Shown here one piece after another: positions 1-8,432 of a stretch of DNA of 64,000 nucleotides (positions are counted from its first letter, which is position 1; every line of letters starts with the position of its first letter). This DNA comes from Bacteroidota bacterium (GTDB lineage: Bacteria; Bacteroidota; Bacteroidia; Bacteroidales; FEN-979): positions 2,503 to 66,502 of the forward strand of contig JBAXFM010000001.1 of the NCBI GenBank assembly GCA_037139855.1, given 5' to 3'. The translations under genes were made by a program, and so were the position numbers. Below the pieces are notes generated by a model. The model did no database searches and was not told where the DNA came from. It saw only the letters and a list, made by a program, of their open reading frames with translations.

Positions 1-440
1 GAATCACTTCTTTTGAGATGACCTGGGATCTCGGTCATGGTGTTAAATCTGACCGTGGAAGCTTTGTCGACCGGACGGATGCTGAAAAGTACGTTCTGTC
101 ATCAAAACGCAGCTATATCCTGCTAATGTTCTCAAAATTCGTTGTGCATTCCCGGGTTCTGTTTGAAACCGGCCACCATGATTTCTATCGCAAAGAGTCG
201 AAGCTCGCTTCTTTAGACCGTTGCATAAAGTACAATTCATGGTTACAGGACAAGAAGCTCGAGGAGATTTGCAAGGTAATCCTTGCCCTGGAGGAAGACC
301 TGCACAAAATACTGCCATCCCCGGCTAATCCATCGCATTCCTCCAGCGAAAGCAAGATCATCGACATGATCCTTTTTTGCAAGAAAGAGCTGCAGAACTA
401 TCCCAAAAATCAAAATCATCAATTAACCCGCGAAAAATGA
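1..440 (+). CDS. hypothetical protein, 5' end cut by the window edge (full-length twin at 38702..39187)
   Basis: An open frame runs from the window edge to TGA 438..440. It is identical to the C-terminal ~145 aa of the 161-aa ORF at 38702..39187. Confidence 0.6.
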   Translation, partial: ITSFEMTWDLGHGVKSDRGSFVDRTDAEKYVLSSKRSYILLMFSKFVVHSRVLFETGHHDFYRKESKLASLDRCIKYNSWLQDKKLEEICKVILALEEDLHKILPSPANPSHSSSESKIIDMILFCKKELQNYPKNQNHQLTREK

Positions 441-841
441 AAGAAGAATTGAATTATACAACGCCAAAAACATCGAAGGAAATATCCGAATTAGGGATCA
501 GGTGGAAAGCCTCAAAGTACTGGGCCTTTGTTCCCGGTCAAAATCATTTTATCCTTAAAAACAAAGGAGAATATTTTCAAAAGGCTTTCCCGGCCTACAA
601 TATGACTGAACTCGGGCACATGATCCCGTTCGGTTTTTTCAATGAAATGAAGATCCATAAGTATCTCAACGGATACTTCAAGTTAAAAATGAGTGACGGG
701 AAATGGAGAACGTTTACCAGTGAAGCCGAAGCCAGGGCAAGGTACCTGATCGATCTGATCACCATCGGAAAAGTCACCATTGATGATCCTGCCAAAAAAG
801 CACAGGTTTCTGATAAACATCTTCCTCCAGTTAAAGATTAA
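437..841 (+). CDS. hypothetical protein (134 aa)
   Basis: ATG 437 overlaps the upstream stop (ATGA), suggesting translational coupling. The track ORF opens at 377. No recognisable motif. Confidence 0.6.
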   Translation: MKEELNYTTPKTSKEISELGIRWKASKYWAFVPGQNHFILKNKGEYFQKAFPAYNMTELGHMIPFGFFNEMKIHKYLNGYFKLKMSDGKWRTFTSEAEARARYLIDLITIGKVTIDDPAKKAQVSDKHLPPVKD

Positions 842-865
842 CCACTCATTTTTCTGCCATAATTT

Positions 866-3800
866 ATGAAGATCACCCAGGATTGCATTCAACGTATTTT
901 ATCAGTCGTAAAGGTAGAAGAGGTCATATCTGACTTCTGCAAGCTCGAAAGAAGCGGGGCGAGTCTTTATACCAAGTGCCCCAAGTGCGGCAAGTCAGGC
1001 AAAGGAAAAGGGCTGATCGTGACACCGGCGCAGGGTATCTACAAGTGCTTCTCCTGCGAGTACGGTGGAACGTCACCGATCAACTTCATCATGGATATGA
1101 AAAATACCTCATATCCTGATGCAATCAAGTACCTGGCCGAAAAATACAATGTGCTGCTGGAATATGAAGAAAAGCCAAAGGGACCGCAGGTAAAGAACGG
1201 CGTGAAGGAACTTACTTTTCGCGACCGGCAGCTCGCCTCCAGCGGACTTTCGGATGCTGATCAAAAGGCCACTGTTGTCATCGATGAGAATACCCAAAAG
1301 GTGGTTGATGTTTTTGAAACCGGCACCAGGGATCAGTATGGGAAGATCGCACCAGGTGATGACATGATCATCTGGTATTACGACCTCGAGGGCAAGCCGG
1401 TCATGTTTACCAGGCCAAAAGGGAACAAGCAGGAACACCTATTCAGGATCCGGTGGCAAAATCCGGATCTGCATCATGACAAGAGCGGCCGCCCGATGAA
1501 ATATTCATCGCCATCCGGATCCGGATCCCACCTGTTCTTCCCGGAAGAGATTCGGGAAGCTTACCGCAATCGGCGCGTGATCAAAAGGCTGTTCATCCAG
1601 GAAGGGGAGAAGAAAGCCGTGAAGGCCTGCAAGCATGGCCTTACATCTGTGGGAGTGATGGGTATCCAGAACATCGGGCACAACAATAAACTGCCCTACG
1701 AGCTGCAGCTGATCGTTCAGGCATGTAAAGTCGAAGAGGTGATATTTCTGATCGATGCCGATTGGGATGCCCTGAGCAACGACCTGAAGCCGGGATCCCG
1801 GGTTGATCAGCGCCCATATTCCTTTTATTGGGCTGTACGGAACTTCCGCGATTACTTCAAAACGTTCATCAACCTGGGAATTTACCTGGAAATTTACTTT
1901 GCCTACATCCGCAAGGATGATAAGATACCGGTGTATGAGAAAGGTGTTGATGATCTGCTGGCCGGCACGCTCCGGGATAGTGAAAACGACCTGTTCAACG
2001 ACATCAAAACAGCGATCAACGAAAAGGATGGCCAGGGGAAATATATCCAGCTGAATAAGATCACCACGGTGTCGGATCTGAAGCTGCTCGAGTTCTGGAG
2101 CCTTCAGGATTCGAATTCCTTTGCCATGAAGTACAAGGAAACCCTGCAGAACCTTCCTGAATTCTACATTGGCCGGCACAAATGGAAATTCGATGAAGCC
2201 GGTAAGCTCGTGCCGGCACAGCCCCTGCAGGACGATGAACAGTTCTGGGAAAAGATCACCAAAGAGGACCGAAAAGGCAATGATTATACGCAGTATCGCT
2301 TCAGGTACCTTTACGCTTACAACTTCCTTCACCGCCGGGGATTCGGCCGCATCGAGATGGCCGGAAGGAACTATGCGCTGTGCCAGATCACAGATAAAAT
2401 AGTTCAGACGGTTGAAGCTTATCAGATCCGCGATTACATCATGGATTTCAGCAAAGCGATACTGGCCACCAATAACCGGGAGGAACTCGTTGAAGTGATG
2501 GACATGCTTTATCGTGGCGGGAAAATGTATTTCGGTCCTGATTCCCTGGGGAACGTTGATTTTGTAAAACCGGTCTTTGAATCTGCCGACAAACGGCACC
2601 AGTACCTGTTCTTTAAAAACAATTACTGGAAGATCACTTCCGACGGGGTGGATGAAAAGCCGCTGAGTGATTTGCAGAATTATGTTTGGCGCGACCGGGT
2701 GAATGATTTCGACGGTGTGTTGATGGGAAAAGAAATGATCAAAGTGAACCGCATCGACATCGATTACATCCTGGCCAACAAACTTGACCCCATGGAATAT
2801 GAGCCTGTGATGGGCCAGTTCGATGTTGAATTCTCCCCTGAGGCAATGGAGTGTCATTTTGCCCGGTTCATTCACAACACCGGTGAGTTCTTCTGGAACA
2901 AAGTGCAGCACCAGAAAACCCGTAAGAAACTGGAGAAGGATCAGCGATCCATCGAGGAACGCTATGAAACAAACCTTCACATGGTGTCGAAAATGACGGC
3001 CATCGGTTATCTGCTTCACAAATACCGTGACAAATCATGTGAAAAGGCTGTCATTGCCATGGATGGCAAACTCAGCGAGGTTGGCGAAAGCAATGGGCGC
3101 ACCGGGAAATCGATCATGGGTTTTGCCATTGGCCAGGTGGTGCCGCAATGTTACATCGGGGCAAAGTCAAAGGACCTGGAGCATGATCCGTTCCTGTTTG
3201 AAGAAGTCACCGAGAAAACAGATAACATCTTCATGGACGACGTTCGCGCCAACATCGACTTCGAATTCTTCTTCCCGATCATCACCGGCAAGCTGATGGT
3301 GAACGTGAAGGGTGTCAAGCGCTGGACCATTTCCGAGCGTGAAACCCCGAAGATATTCATCACAACAAATCATGCCATCAACGGAAGCAGCGCATCATTC
3401 AAGGACCGGCAGGCGCTGATCGCCTTCAGCGATTACTACAATGAAGAGTTTAAGCCGGTCGATGATTTCGGAATCAATTTTTTCGATGAATGGGATGACA
3501 AGCAGTGGAACCTGTTTTACAACTTCATGGCCGACTGCCTGAGGTTGTATTTCCAGGCCGGCGATATGGGATGGGGTTACAATCACTCCGGACTGATCCA
3601 GCCGCCTACCGAACGCCTTGACCAGCGCCGGTTGCGCCAGTTCATTGGTGAAGACTTCTTAACCTGGGCCGGTGAATATTTCAACGTGGAAGATCCGGAG
3701 AGCATCGACACATCCACCGGACAGAATTTGAACATCGACATCCCCAGGGCTGAGCTGTACAATAACTTTTTGGAGAAAACACCTACACAGCGGAAATTCA

Positions 3801-3976
3801 TGAACCCTTTCCGCTTCAAGAAAAAAATGATAGCCTGGTGTGAATATCACCATGCTTCATTCAATCCTCAGATCTGCGACAAATTCGGGAAACCGGGTGG
3901 TGATGACAAGCGCGGCGGGGTTGAGTATTTCACAATTGCTAACGCTAAATTTTCTAACTCAACTATTTTCCCATGA
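866..3976 (+). CDS. DNA primase fused to a P-loop (D5/VirE-type helicase-like) domain
   Basis: 1036 aa. N-terminal CHC2 zinc finger (CPKCGKSGKGKG...YKCFSCEYGG) as in DnaG primases. Toprim-like IQEGEKKAVKA ... FLIDADWD. C-terminal P-loop SNGRTGKS followed by IFMDDV (Walker-B-like). Confidence 0.85.
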   Translation: MKITQDCIQRILSVVKVEEVISDFCKLERSGASLYTKCPKCGKSGKGKGLIVTPAQGIYKCFSCEYGGTSPINFIMDMKNTSYPDAIKYLAEKYNVLLEYEEKPKGPQVKNGVKELTFRDRQLASSGLSDADQKATVVIDENTQKVVDVFETGTRDQYGKIAPGDDMIIWYYDLEGKPVMFTRPKGNKQEHLFRIRWQNPDLHHDKSGRPMKYSSPSGSGSHLFFPEEIREAYRNRRVIKRLFIQEGEKKAVKACKHGLTSVGVMGIQNIGHNNKLPYELQLIVQACKVEEVIFLIDADWDALSNDLKPGSRVDQRPYSFYWAVRNFRDYFKTFINLGIYLEIYFAYIRKDDKIPVYEKGVDDLLAGTLRDSENDLFNDIKTAINEKDGQGKYIQLNKITTVSDLKLLEFWSLQDSNSFAMKYKETLQNLPEFYIGRHKWKFDEAGKLVPAQPLQDDEQFWEKITKEDRKGNDYTQYRFRYLYAYNFLHRRGFGRIEMAGRNYALCQITDKIVQTVEAYQIRDYIMDFSKAILATNNREELVEVMDMLYRGGKMYFGPDSLGNVDFVKPVFESADKRHQYLFFKNNYWKITSDGVDEKPLSDLQNYVWRDRVNDFDGVLMGKEMIKVNRIDIDYILANKLDPMEYEPVMGQFDVEFSPEAMECHFARFIHNTGEFFWNKVQHQKTRKKLEKDQRSIEERYETNLHMVSKMTAIGYLLHKYRDKSCEKAVIAMDGKLSEVGESNGRTGKSIMGFAIGQVVPQCYIGAKSKDLEHDPFLFEEVTEKTDNIFMDDVRANIDFEFFFPIITGKLMVNVKGVKRWTISERETPKIFITTNHAINGSSASFKDRQALIAFSDYYNEEFKPVDDFGINFFDEWDDKQWNLFYNFMADCLRLYFQAGDMGWGYNHSGLIQPPTERLDQRRLRQFIGEDFLTWAGEYFNVEDPESIDTSTGQNLNIDIPRAELYNNFLEKTPTQRKFMNPFRFKKKMIAWCEYHHASFNPQICDKFGKPGGDDKRGGVEYFTIANAKFSNSTIFP

Positions 3977-4188
3977 CAGAATCTGATAGGGCGGCTTTAA
4001 GTGGCCAGGGAATCATTATTATGCGGTCACAGTGTGTCCGTGAAGGTGAATGGACGATTTACCAGTACTTTTTGGGTAGTTGGATCAAATCACTTCCATG
4101 CGGGTGTGGTTGGGAAAGCAAAGAATTATGTGATGAAGCAATCGACAGAATAGTATTGAAGCATAAAACATTTGTCAAGGATGAGTAA
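3973..4188 (+). CDS. hypothetical protein (71 aa)
   Basis: ATGA overlap with the primase stop. Cys-rich (CGCGW...C). No recognisable family. Confidence 0.55.
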   Translation: MTESDRAALSGQGIIIMRSQCVREGEWTIYQYFLGSWIKSLPCGCGWESKELCDEAIDRIVLKHKTFVKDE

Positions 4189-4205
4189 CAAATACATTTT
4201 TGCCG

Positions 4206-4275
4206 AAAATGATACAAAAAATGTCAATAATGATACACAAAACGCCAATTAAGTTGCATAAAACGCCAATTAAAT
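4206..4275 (+). promoter_or_regulatory. Two pairs of direct repeats, each phased 21 bp apart, upstream of ORF 4284
   Basis: AATGATACA at 4208 and 4229. AAAACGCCAATTAA at 4239 and 4260. The 21-bp spacing is two helical turns. Lies in the 95-nt gap before ATG 4284. Confidence 0.4.
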
Positions 4276-4283
4276 AGCAAATC

Positions 4284-4793
4284 ATGAAAACAGAACTTGA
4301 GATTACCCAGGATTTATTGGAAATCATTGCTGAATGCGAATTTAGAATTCACAATGCAAGAAAGGCTATTTCAGTACTGACCGGAATAGTTTATGAAGAT
4401 GGCCCATGGAATTGGGATGAAAAAATTAAAGTTGCAAATACTGATTTGTTTCATGCGCCGGTACAAGATACGCAACTACCTGTACCCCCCCCTGTTACGA
4501 AACAGAAGGAAAAGCAGAAGAGAACGTTCGCCGAAAAGAACTGTGAAAATTGCGGTAAACCATTTATGCCAACGCATAATAAACAACGCTTCTGCAGAAA
4601 AGAGTGTAATCCGAACGTGGCAAAGAAACAACCAACAGGCAAAGAAATCATTGAAGAAATGCTCGAATTAAACCATCAACCGGTTGCTCCGGAAAAGCAT
4701 GTTGACCCGGTTGCATTTAAAGCGAAGATGGATCAGATCAGGCATGATATCCCCATCCAGCGGGAACGGCCAAATGTTACACGAGGATTTTAA
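4284..4793 (+). CDS. hypothetical protein with a zinc-ribbon-like motif (169 aa)
   Basis: CENCGKPF...x10...FCRKEC four-Cys motif flanked by Lys/Arg-rich segments. Possible nucleic-acid binding. Confidence 0.6.
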   Translation: MKTELEITQDLLEIIAECEFRIHNARKAISVLTGIVYEDGPWNWDEKIKVANTDLFHAPVQDTQLPVPPPVTKQKEKQKRTFAEKNCENCGKPFMPTHNKQRFCRKECNPNVAKKQPTGKEIIEEMLELNHQPVAPEKHVDPVAFKAKMDQIRHDIPIQRERPNVTRGF

Positions 4794-4803
4794 ACGAAAG
4801 CAA

Positions 4804-5202
4804 ATGGAAAAGGAACAGGTTAAATTAAGAATTCATGGTGTTGTGTCGGATGTGATGATTAAATTTCATTTAAGCAATAAGCATCTTCATGCTCAAGAGA
4901 TACCGCGAAATTTAGTTGTTGAGCACATGCAGTGGGTGCGTGATACGATCATCAGGGTCCTGGATAAAATCGAGGATCCGGATGATGTAAATTCAGAGCG
5001 GCCGCCGATCGGTATCATGCCCAGGAATGTGTTTGAATACATGATAAAAGATCAGCGATTTGCAGAACTTTCAAATACGATCAGCAGATTTCTTTCCTTC
5101 GGTCGGTTAATTCCCATTGCATGGCTTACAGAATACAACGAATTGATAGAATATTTGAGGTTACATAAACTCAGCGAACATGAAAATCCGGATCCCAAAT
5201 GA
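4804..5202 (+). CDS. hypothetical protein (132 aa from ATG 4804)
   Basis: The track ORF opens at 4684 but overlaps the previous gene by 110 nt. ATG 4804 (MEKEQVKLRIHG...) lies 11 nt after the upstream stop. Confidence 0.55.
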   Translation: MEKEQVKLRIHGVVSDVMIKFHLSNKHLHAQEIPRNLVVEHMQWVRDTIIRVLDKIEDPDDVNSERPPIGIMPRNVFEYMIKDQRFAELSNTISRFLSFGRLIPIAWLTEYNELIEYLRLHKLSEHENPDPK

Positions 5203-5372
5203 TAAGGAAATCCATTCTGTGGTTGACAACCTGGATGGTGAACAGGTAATGAATGTTATCTGGAAAGAAAAGGAGTCCCGTTAAAATTCACAGAGTTGCC
5301 TCCTGATACTCCATTTACGGATGATCGCACGCTCGTGGAACTTGTTTATCCTAATTCCTTATAATTTTTCAA

Positions 5373-5537
5373 ATGGAAGAGAAACCAATTATATTCAGTA
5401 CACCCATGGTCCGGGCAATCATGTTCGGACAGAAACACATGACCAGGCGATTAAGCGGATTAGAAAGAATAAACCGCCGGGCTGACGACTGGGTTGGTGA
5501 CAGCCATATTTCGCATATAATCCTATTCAATCAATAA
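5373..5537 (+). pseudogene. 54-aa ORF resembling only the N-terminus of ASCH-like phage proteins (possible gene remnant)
   Basis: MEEKPIIFSTPMVRAIMFGQKHMTRR matches from memory the N-terminal signature (P-I-L-F-S-x-P-M-V-x-A-I-x-x-G-x-K-x-x-T-R-R) of a common phage protein family that is normally over 100 aa. Here the frame stops after 54 codons. Below the track length cut-off. Confidence 0.3.
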
Positions 5538-5572
5538 CGGTTCATTTGCTATCTTTGAACAAAAATACACTC

Positions 5573-5788
5573 ATGAGTAAGACAGTTGAATTATCCAAGG
5601 CTCAAATAAGCACGATATTGTCGTGCATCAATGAGCGTGAGGCTTTATATCTCAAGGAAATTGAGGTTAACAAGGATAAAAAGGAACAGGTACTGATGGT
5701 CAAAGGCTGGAAAAAGAAGCTGATCGTTATTGAGGAGCTCCAGCGCCTGTTCGGTTATTCACGTTTATCTGTTCCCGGCAGGAAATAG
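5573..5788 (+). CDS. hypothetical protein (71 aa from ATG 5573)
   Basis: The track ORF opens at TTG 5546. The first ATG is at 5573 (MSKTVELSKAQ...). Last gene before the early-operon terminator. Confidence 0.5.
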   Translation: MSKTVELSKAQISTILSCINEREALYLKEIEVNKDKKEQVLMVKGWKKKLIVIEELQRLFGYSRLSVPGRK

Positions 5789-5858
5789 CACCGCACCATC
5801 TCCCCCAGGTTGATCGATCTCCCGCCGGTCGATGCTCAGGATCACTTCAGAAAGAACT

Positions 5859-5885
5859 AAGCCAGGCATTCGCCTGGCTTTTTAA
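5859..5885 (+). terminator. Rho-independent terminator closing the early operon
   Basis: AAGCCAGGC-attc-GCCTGGCTT perfect 9-bp stem followed by TTTAATT. Confidence 0.7.
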
Positions 5886-6116
5886 TTGGTGAAGTATGGA
5901 GCTGGGTGAGCGGCAGCGAATACAGCTCGGTACGAACTCCTTATTCATTTCTCTCCTCCGGGGTCTGTTTTCGCCCCGCCGCCCCCTTTCTTTCTGAAAA
6001 ATTATAGTGCAAAGGTACGGTATGAAAATCGCAAAGAGTTGAAGGCCTTATACATATATATATTATTTATTAATTTATCTTTTTGACAAGTATACTTATA
6101 AGAATAATAGAAAATA

Positions 6117-6306
6117 TTCGTGCTTTCGTGCGCACTAAAATTTTTAAAATGTAACGATCTGATTTTGAGATTTTATGAGGGTGTTTTTTACTGCACGAAA
6201 ATCGCACGAAAAGCACGAAAAGCACGAAAATCGGTACTACTTTTTTAAATGCATTGATACTCAAATGGTTGCAAAATGAAAGTACGAAAGCACGACTGCA
6301 CGAAAA
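6117..6306. repeat. Iteron array: nine copies of GCACGAAA(A)-type motif next to an A/T-rich tract
   Basis: Bottom strand: TTCGTGC and TTTCGTGC at 6117..6131. Top strand: GCACGAAAA at 6193, 6204, 6213 and 6222. GTACGAAA at 6282, GCACGA at 6290, GCACGAAAA at 6298. Preceded by a near-pure A/T stretch at ~6048..6116. Confidence 0.8.
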
Positions 6307-6465
6307 TATTTGGACTTTTTACCAAGTATGCCTGTCACTTCGCACAAACTTTTTTTGCTATTGGAATTCTGAGATTACTATTGGATTTTTGCTTAATAAT
6401 TCTTATATGAAGGTACCATAAACATTGACCTTTATAAAGACAACAGTCGAACTTAATTTTACTCC

Positions 6466-6984
6466 ATGGCATCAAACATCATCATCAGGGTCCGGTGTGA
6501 ACCGTACCTGATCCGGTTTCTTGAAACGCTGTACGGGGGAAGCCCGATTTCGTTTCCGAAAAATTCAAATTTCAATGCCATCCTGGATGTGTTCCTTGAC
6601 AAACCGCCACTGGGTCATCACGACCCGGATCATGGTGAAAATACCCTGGCGATCCAGTTGCCATATTTCGAGCTGAAGGATATCCGATCGTACAATTATC
6701 TCACCGAGACAAAGCAGCGGATCTTCATCAAGGAAATCTGGAAGTTTTTCAAAATAACCTACCGCCAGGATATCGCAAAATGTGTCGTGATGGGACTGGA
6801 TCGCAAGGATGCAATCGAGCTTTTTATCGAAAAATACGATTTGCCGCTCGATTGTTGGGATAGTCTGGAAAAAGATTTTCAGAGATACCTGAAACTCAGG
6901 TCAAAGAAACGCTTATTTAAAAACAATATTAGTTCCGCAGTTAAAGACCATGATTGTCCGGCCGTTTCCATGTGTGGAAATTAG
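6466..6984 (+). CDS. hypothetical protein (172 aa), first gene of the late block
   Basis: Clean ATG start after the iteron region. No recognisable motif. Confidence 0.65.
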   Translation: MASNIIIRVRCEPYLIRFLETLYGGSPISFPKNSNFNAILDVFLDKPPLGHHDPDHGENTLAIQLPYFELKDIRSYNYLTETKQRIFIKEIWKFFKITYRQDIAKCVVMGLDRKDAIELFIEKYDLPLDCWDSLEKDFQRYLKLRSKKRLFKNNISSAVKDHDCPAVSMCGN

Positions 6985-7020
6985 CGAACATGGCGAACGC
7001 GTAGCATAAAAATACAAATT

Positions 7021-7476
7021 ATGACCATCCAGAAAAATTCAAATCTGATCCCTTCGGTATGCAAAATATCGGTTGTCCCGGTTAGTGAAGTCAGTTACCT
7101 GGGAAATACCACGGATCGATTTCATAAGTCCATTGATTTTTCGGGTAGCATTGGTTGGACCGGGATATATTTCACCCCGGGAACCGCTGAATTCGTCGAG
7201 AAGCCAAAGGATACCGACGCGGGTGATCTGTTGGAACAATCCCTGAAATTCATCTTCCCTGGTGAAGATGATGCAAACGTTTCAGCGCTGGATGCGCTCG
7301 TTGGTCCTCCGGTTCTGGTGAAGATCGAATACACCACCGGGGCAGCAAAAATAATGGGCGACATGGTCAACGGCGCAAAGCTTTCACTGACTAACCAGGT
7401 TGCATCCAAGGGGGCAGGCTACCAGTTCGAATTCACCTGCTCGGCTACATACCGCGCCTGCTGGCTTGATGCGTAG
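7021..7476 (+). CDS. hypothetical protein (151 aa)
   Basis: Compact ORF directly upstream of the protease/capsid pair. Possibly structural by position only. Confidence 0.65.
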   Translation: MTIQKNSNLIPSVCKISVVPVSEVSYLGNTTDRFHKSIDFSGSIGWTGIYFTPGTAEFVEKPKDTDAGDLLEQSLKFIFPGEDDANVSALDALVGPPVLVKIEYTTGAAKIMGDMVNGAKLSLTNQVASKGAGYQFEFTCSATYRACWLDA

Positions 7477-7544
7477 CCGCCTTTTCAGTCCTTTATACCA
7501 CCACTCACACCTTATAATATTGTGAACTCATTTAAGAGTTTACA

Positions 7545-8429
7545 ATGTTAAACCGCATTTTCTCCATTTTGGGCGCGCAATGGCTGATCCACGAGGATAC
7601 AGCCGTTTCTTATTTGCCTGTGCTGATTGCCTTCATCAAGGGACAGGAAATTCTGCTCAAGCCTGGTGAAGAGAAAAAGCCTTATGTGGTTGCATGGTCC
7701 GCCACCGATGATCAGATCAACACGGTTGGAAGATGGCAACTCGATGATGAAATGCTTCCGGAAAATTCTGTGGCAGTGATCCCCATCGAAGACGTGATCT
7801 GCACCTGGGACAGCATGAGGCTGGTCCAACTGCTGCAGGAGGTAAAGGCAAACGACAAAATCAATTCCGTTTTGTTCATCGTCAACTCTCCCGGTGGGAT
7901 GGTGACGGGCATCGACCTGCTGACAAATGCCATCAAGGATCTTGGAAAACCATCCGTTGCCCTGGTGATCGGCATGGCTGCATCAGGAGCAATGTGGGCG
8001 ATATCCGGATGCAGCTACCGGATTGCAAGTTCTCCAATGGATATGATCGGGTCCATCGGGACCAAAACTTCCATCCAGGATTTTGCTGGCCTGTTGGAAA
8101 AGATTGGAATCAGCATTAAAGATATCTATGCCACACTGTCAACCCGCAAGGATGAACAGTACCGGGCATTCAAGGAATCCGGTGATCTCGCTCCCATCAT
8201 AGAAATGCTGGATTTCGTCAACGAGGTTTTTCATAAAACGATCCAGGATAACCTGGGCATCGATGCCGGATCTGAAGTATTCACCGGTGCCATTTATTTT
8301 TCCGCAAAATCCCAGGAGTTGGGGTTGATCAATGAGATCAATTCCATGGACTATGCGCTTGCCAAAGCCTATCAGTTAGGACTCAAAAATAAAATTCTCA
8401 ATCAATCAAAATCACTAAAACTCTATTAA
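7545..8429 (+). CDS. S49 (SppA/ClpP-fold) serine peptidase, putative prohead protease
   Basis: LFIVNSPGGMVTG and GMAASGAMWAISGC match the S49 peptidase signature segments. Lies immediately upstream of the capsid gene. Confidence 0.8.
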   Translation: MLNRIFSILGAQWLIHEDTAVSYLPVLIAFIKGQEILLKPGEEKKPYVVAWSATDDQINTVGRWQLDDEMLPENSVAVIPIEDVICTWDSMRLVQLLQEVKANDKINSVLFIVNSPGGMVTGIDLLTNAIKDLGKPSVALVIGMAASGAMWAISGCSYRIASSPMDMIGSIGTKTSIQDFAGLLEKIGISIKDIYATLSTRKDEQYRAFKESGDLAPIIEMLDFVNEVFHKTIQDNLGIDAGSEVFTGAIYFSAKSQELGLINEINSMDYALAKAYQLGLKNKILNQSKSLKLY

Positions 8430-8432
8430 ACA

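Noticed and set aside
1505-3019. A 504-aa ORF on the minus strand, fully inside the primase-helicase gene (twin at 40252..41766)
   Set aside because: Its codons are the exact complements of the sense codons (both frames start at coordinates equal to 2 mod 3). Antisense stops arise only from sense TTA/CTA/TCA codons, which this gene avoids. The translation is Leu/Phe/Val/His-rich and low-complexity. It is a codon-bias artefact.
4393-4671. A 92-aa ORF in an alternative frame within the zinc-ribbon gene
   Set aside because: It is fully nested in a longer, better-supported ORF, and its translation is an extremely basic, low-complexity string (RRKSRRERSPKR).
6070-6264. A 64-aa minus-strand ORF covering the iteron array (twin at 44817..45011)
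   Set aside because: Its sequence (..FVLFVLFVRFSC..) is simply the translation of the GCACGAAA repeats and the A/T-rich tract, so it is not credible as a gene.
6117-6306. Possible CRISPR array
   Set aside because: The repeats are only 8-9 bp, abut each other without unique spacers, occur in both orientations, and have no cas genes nearby.
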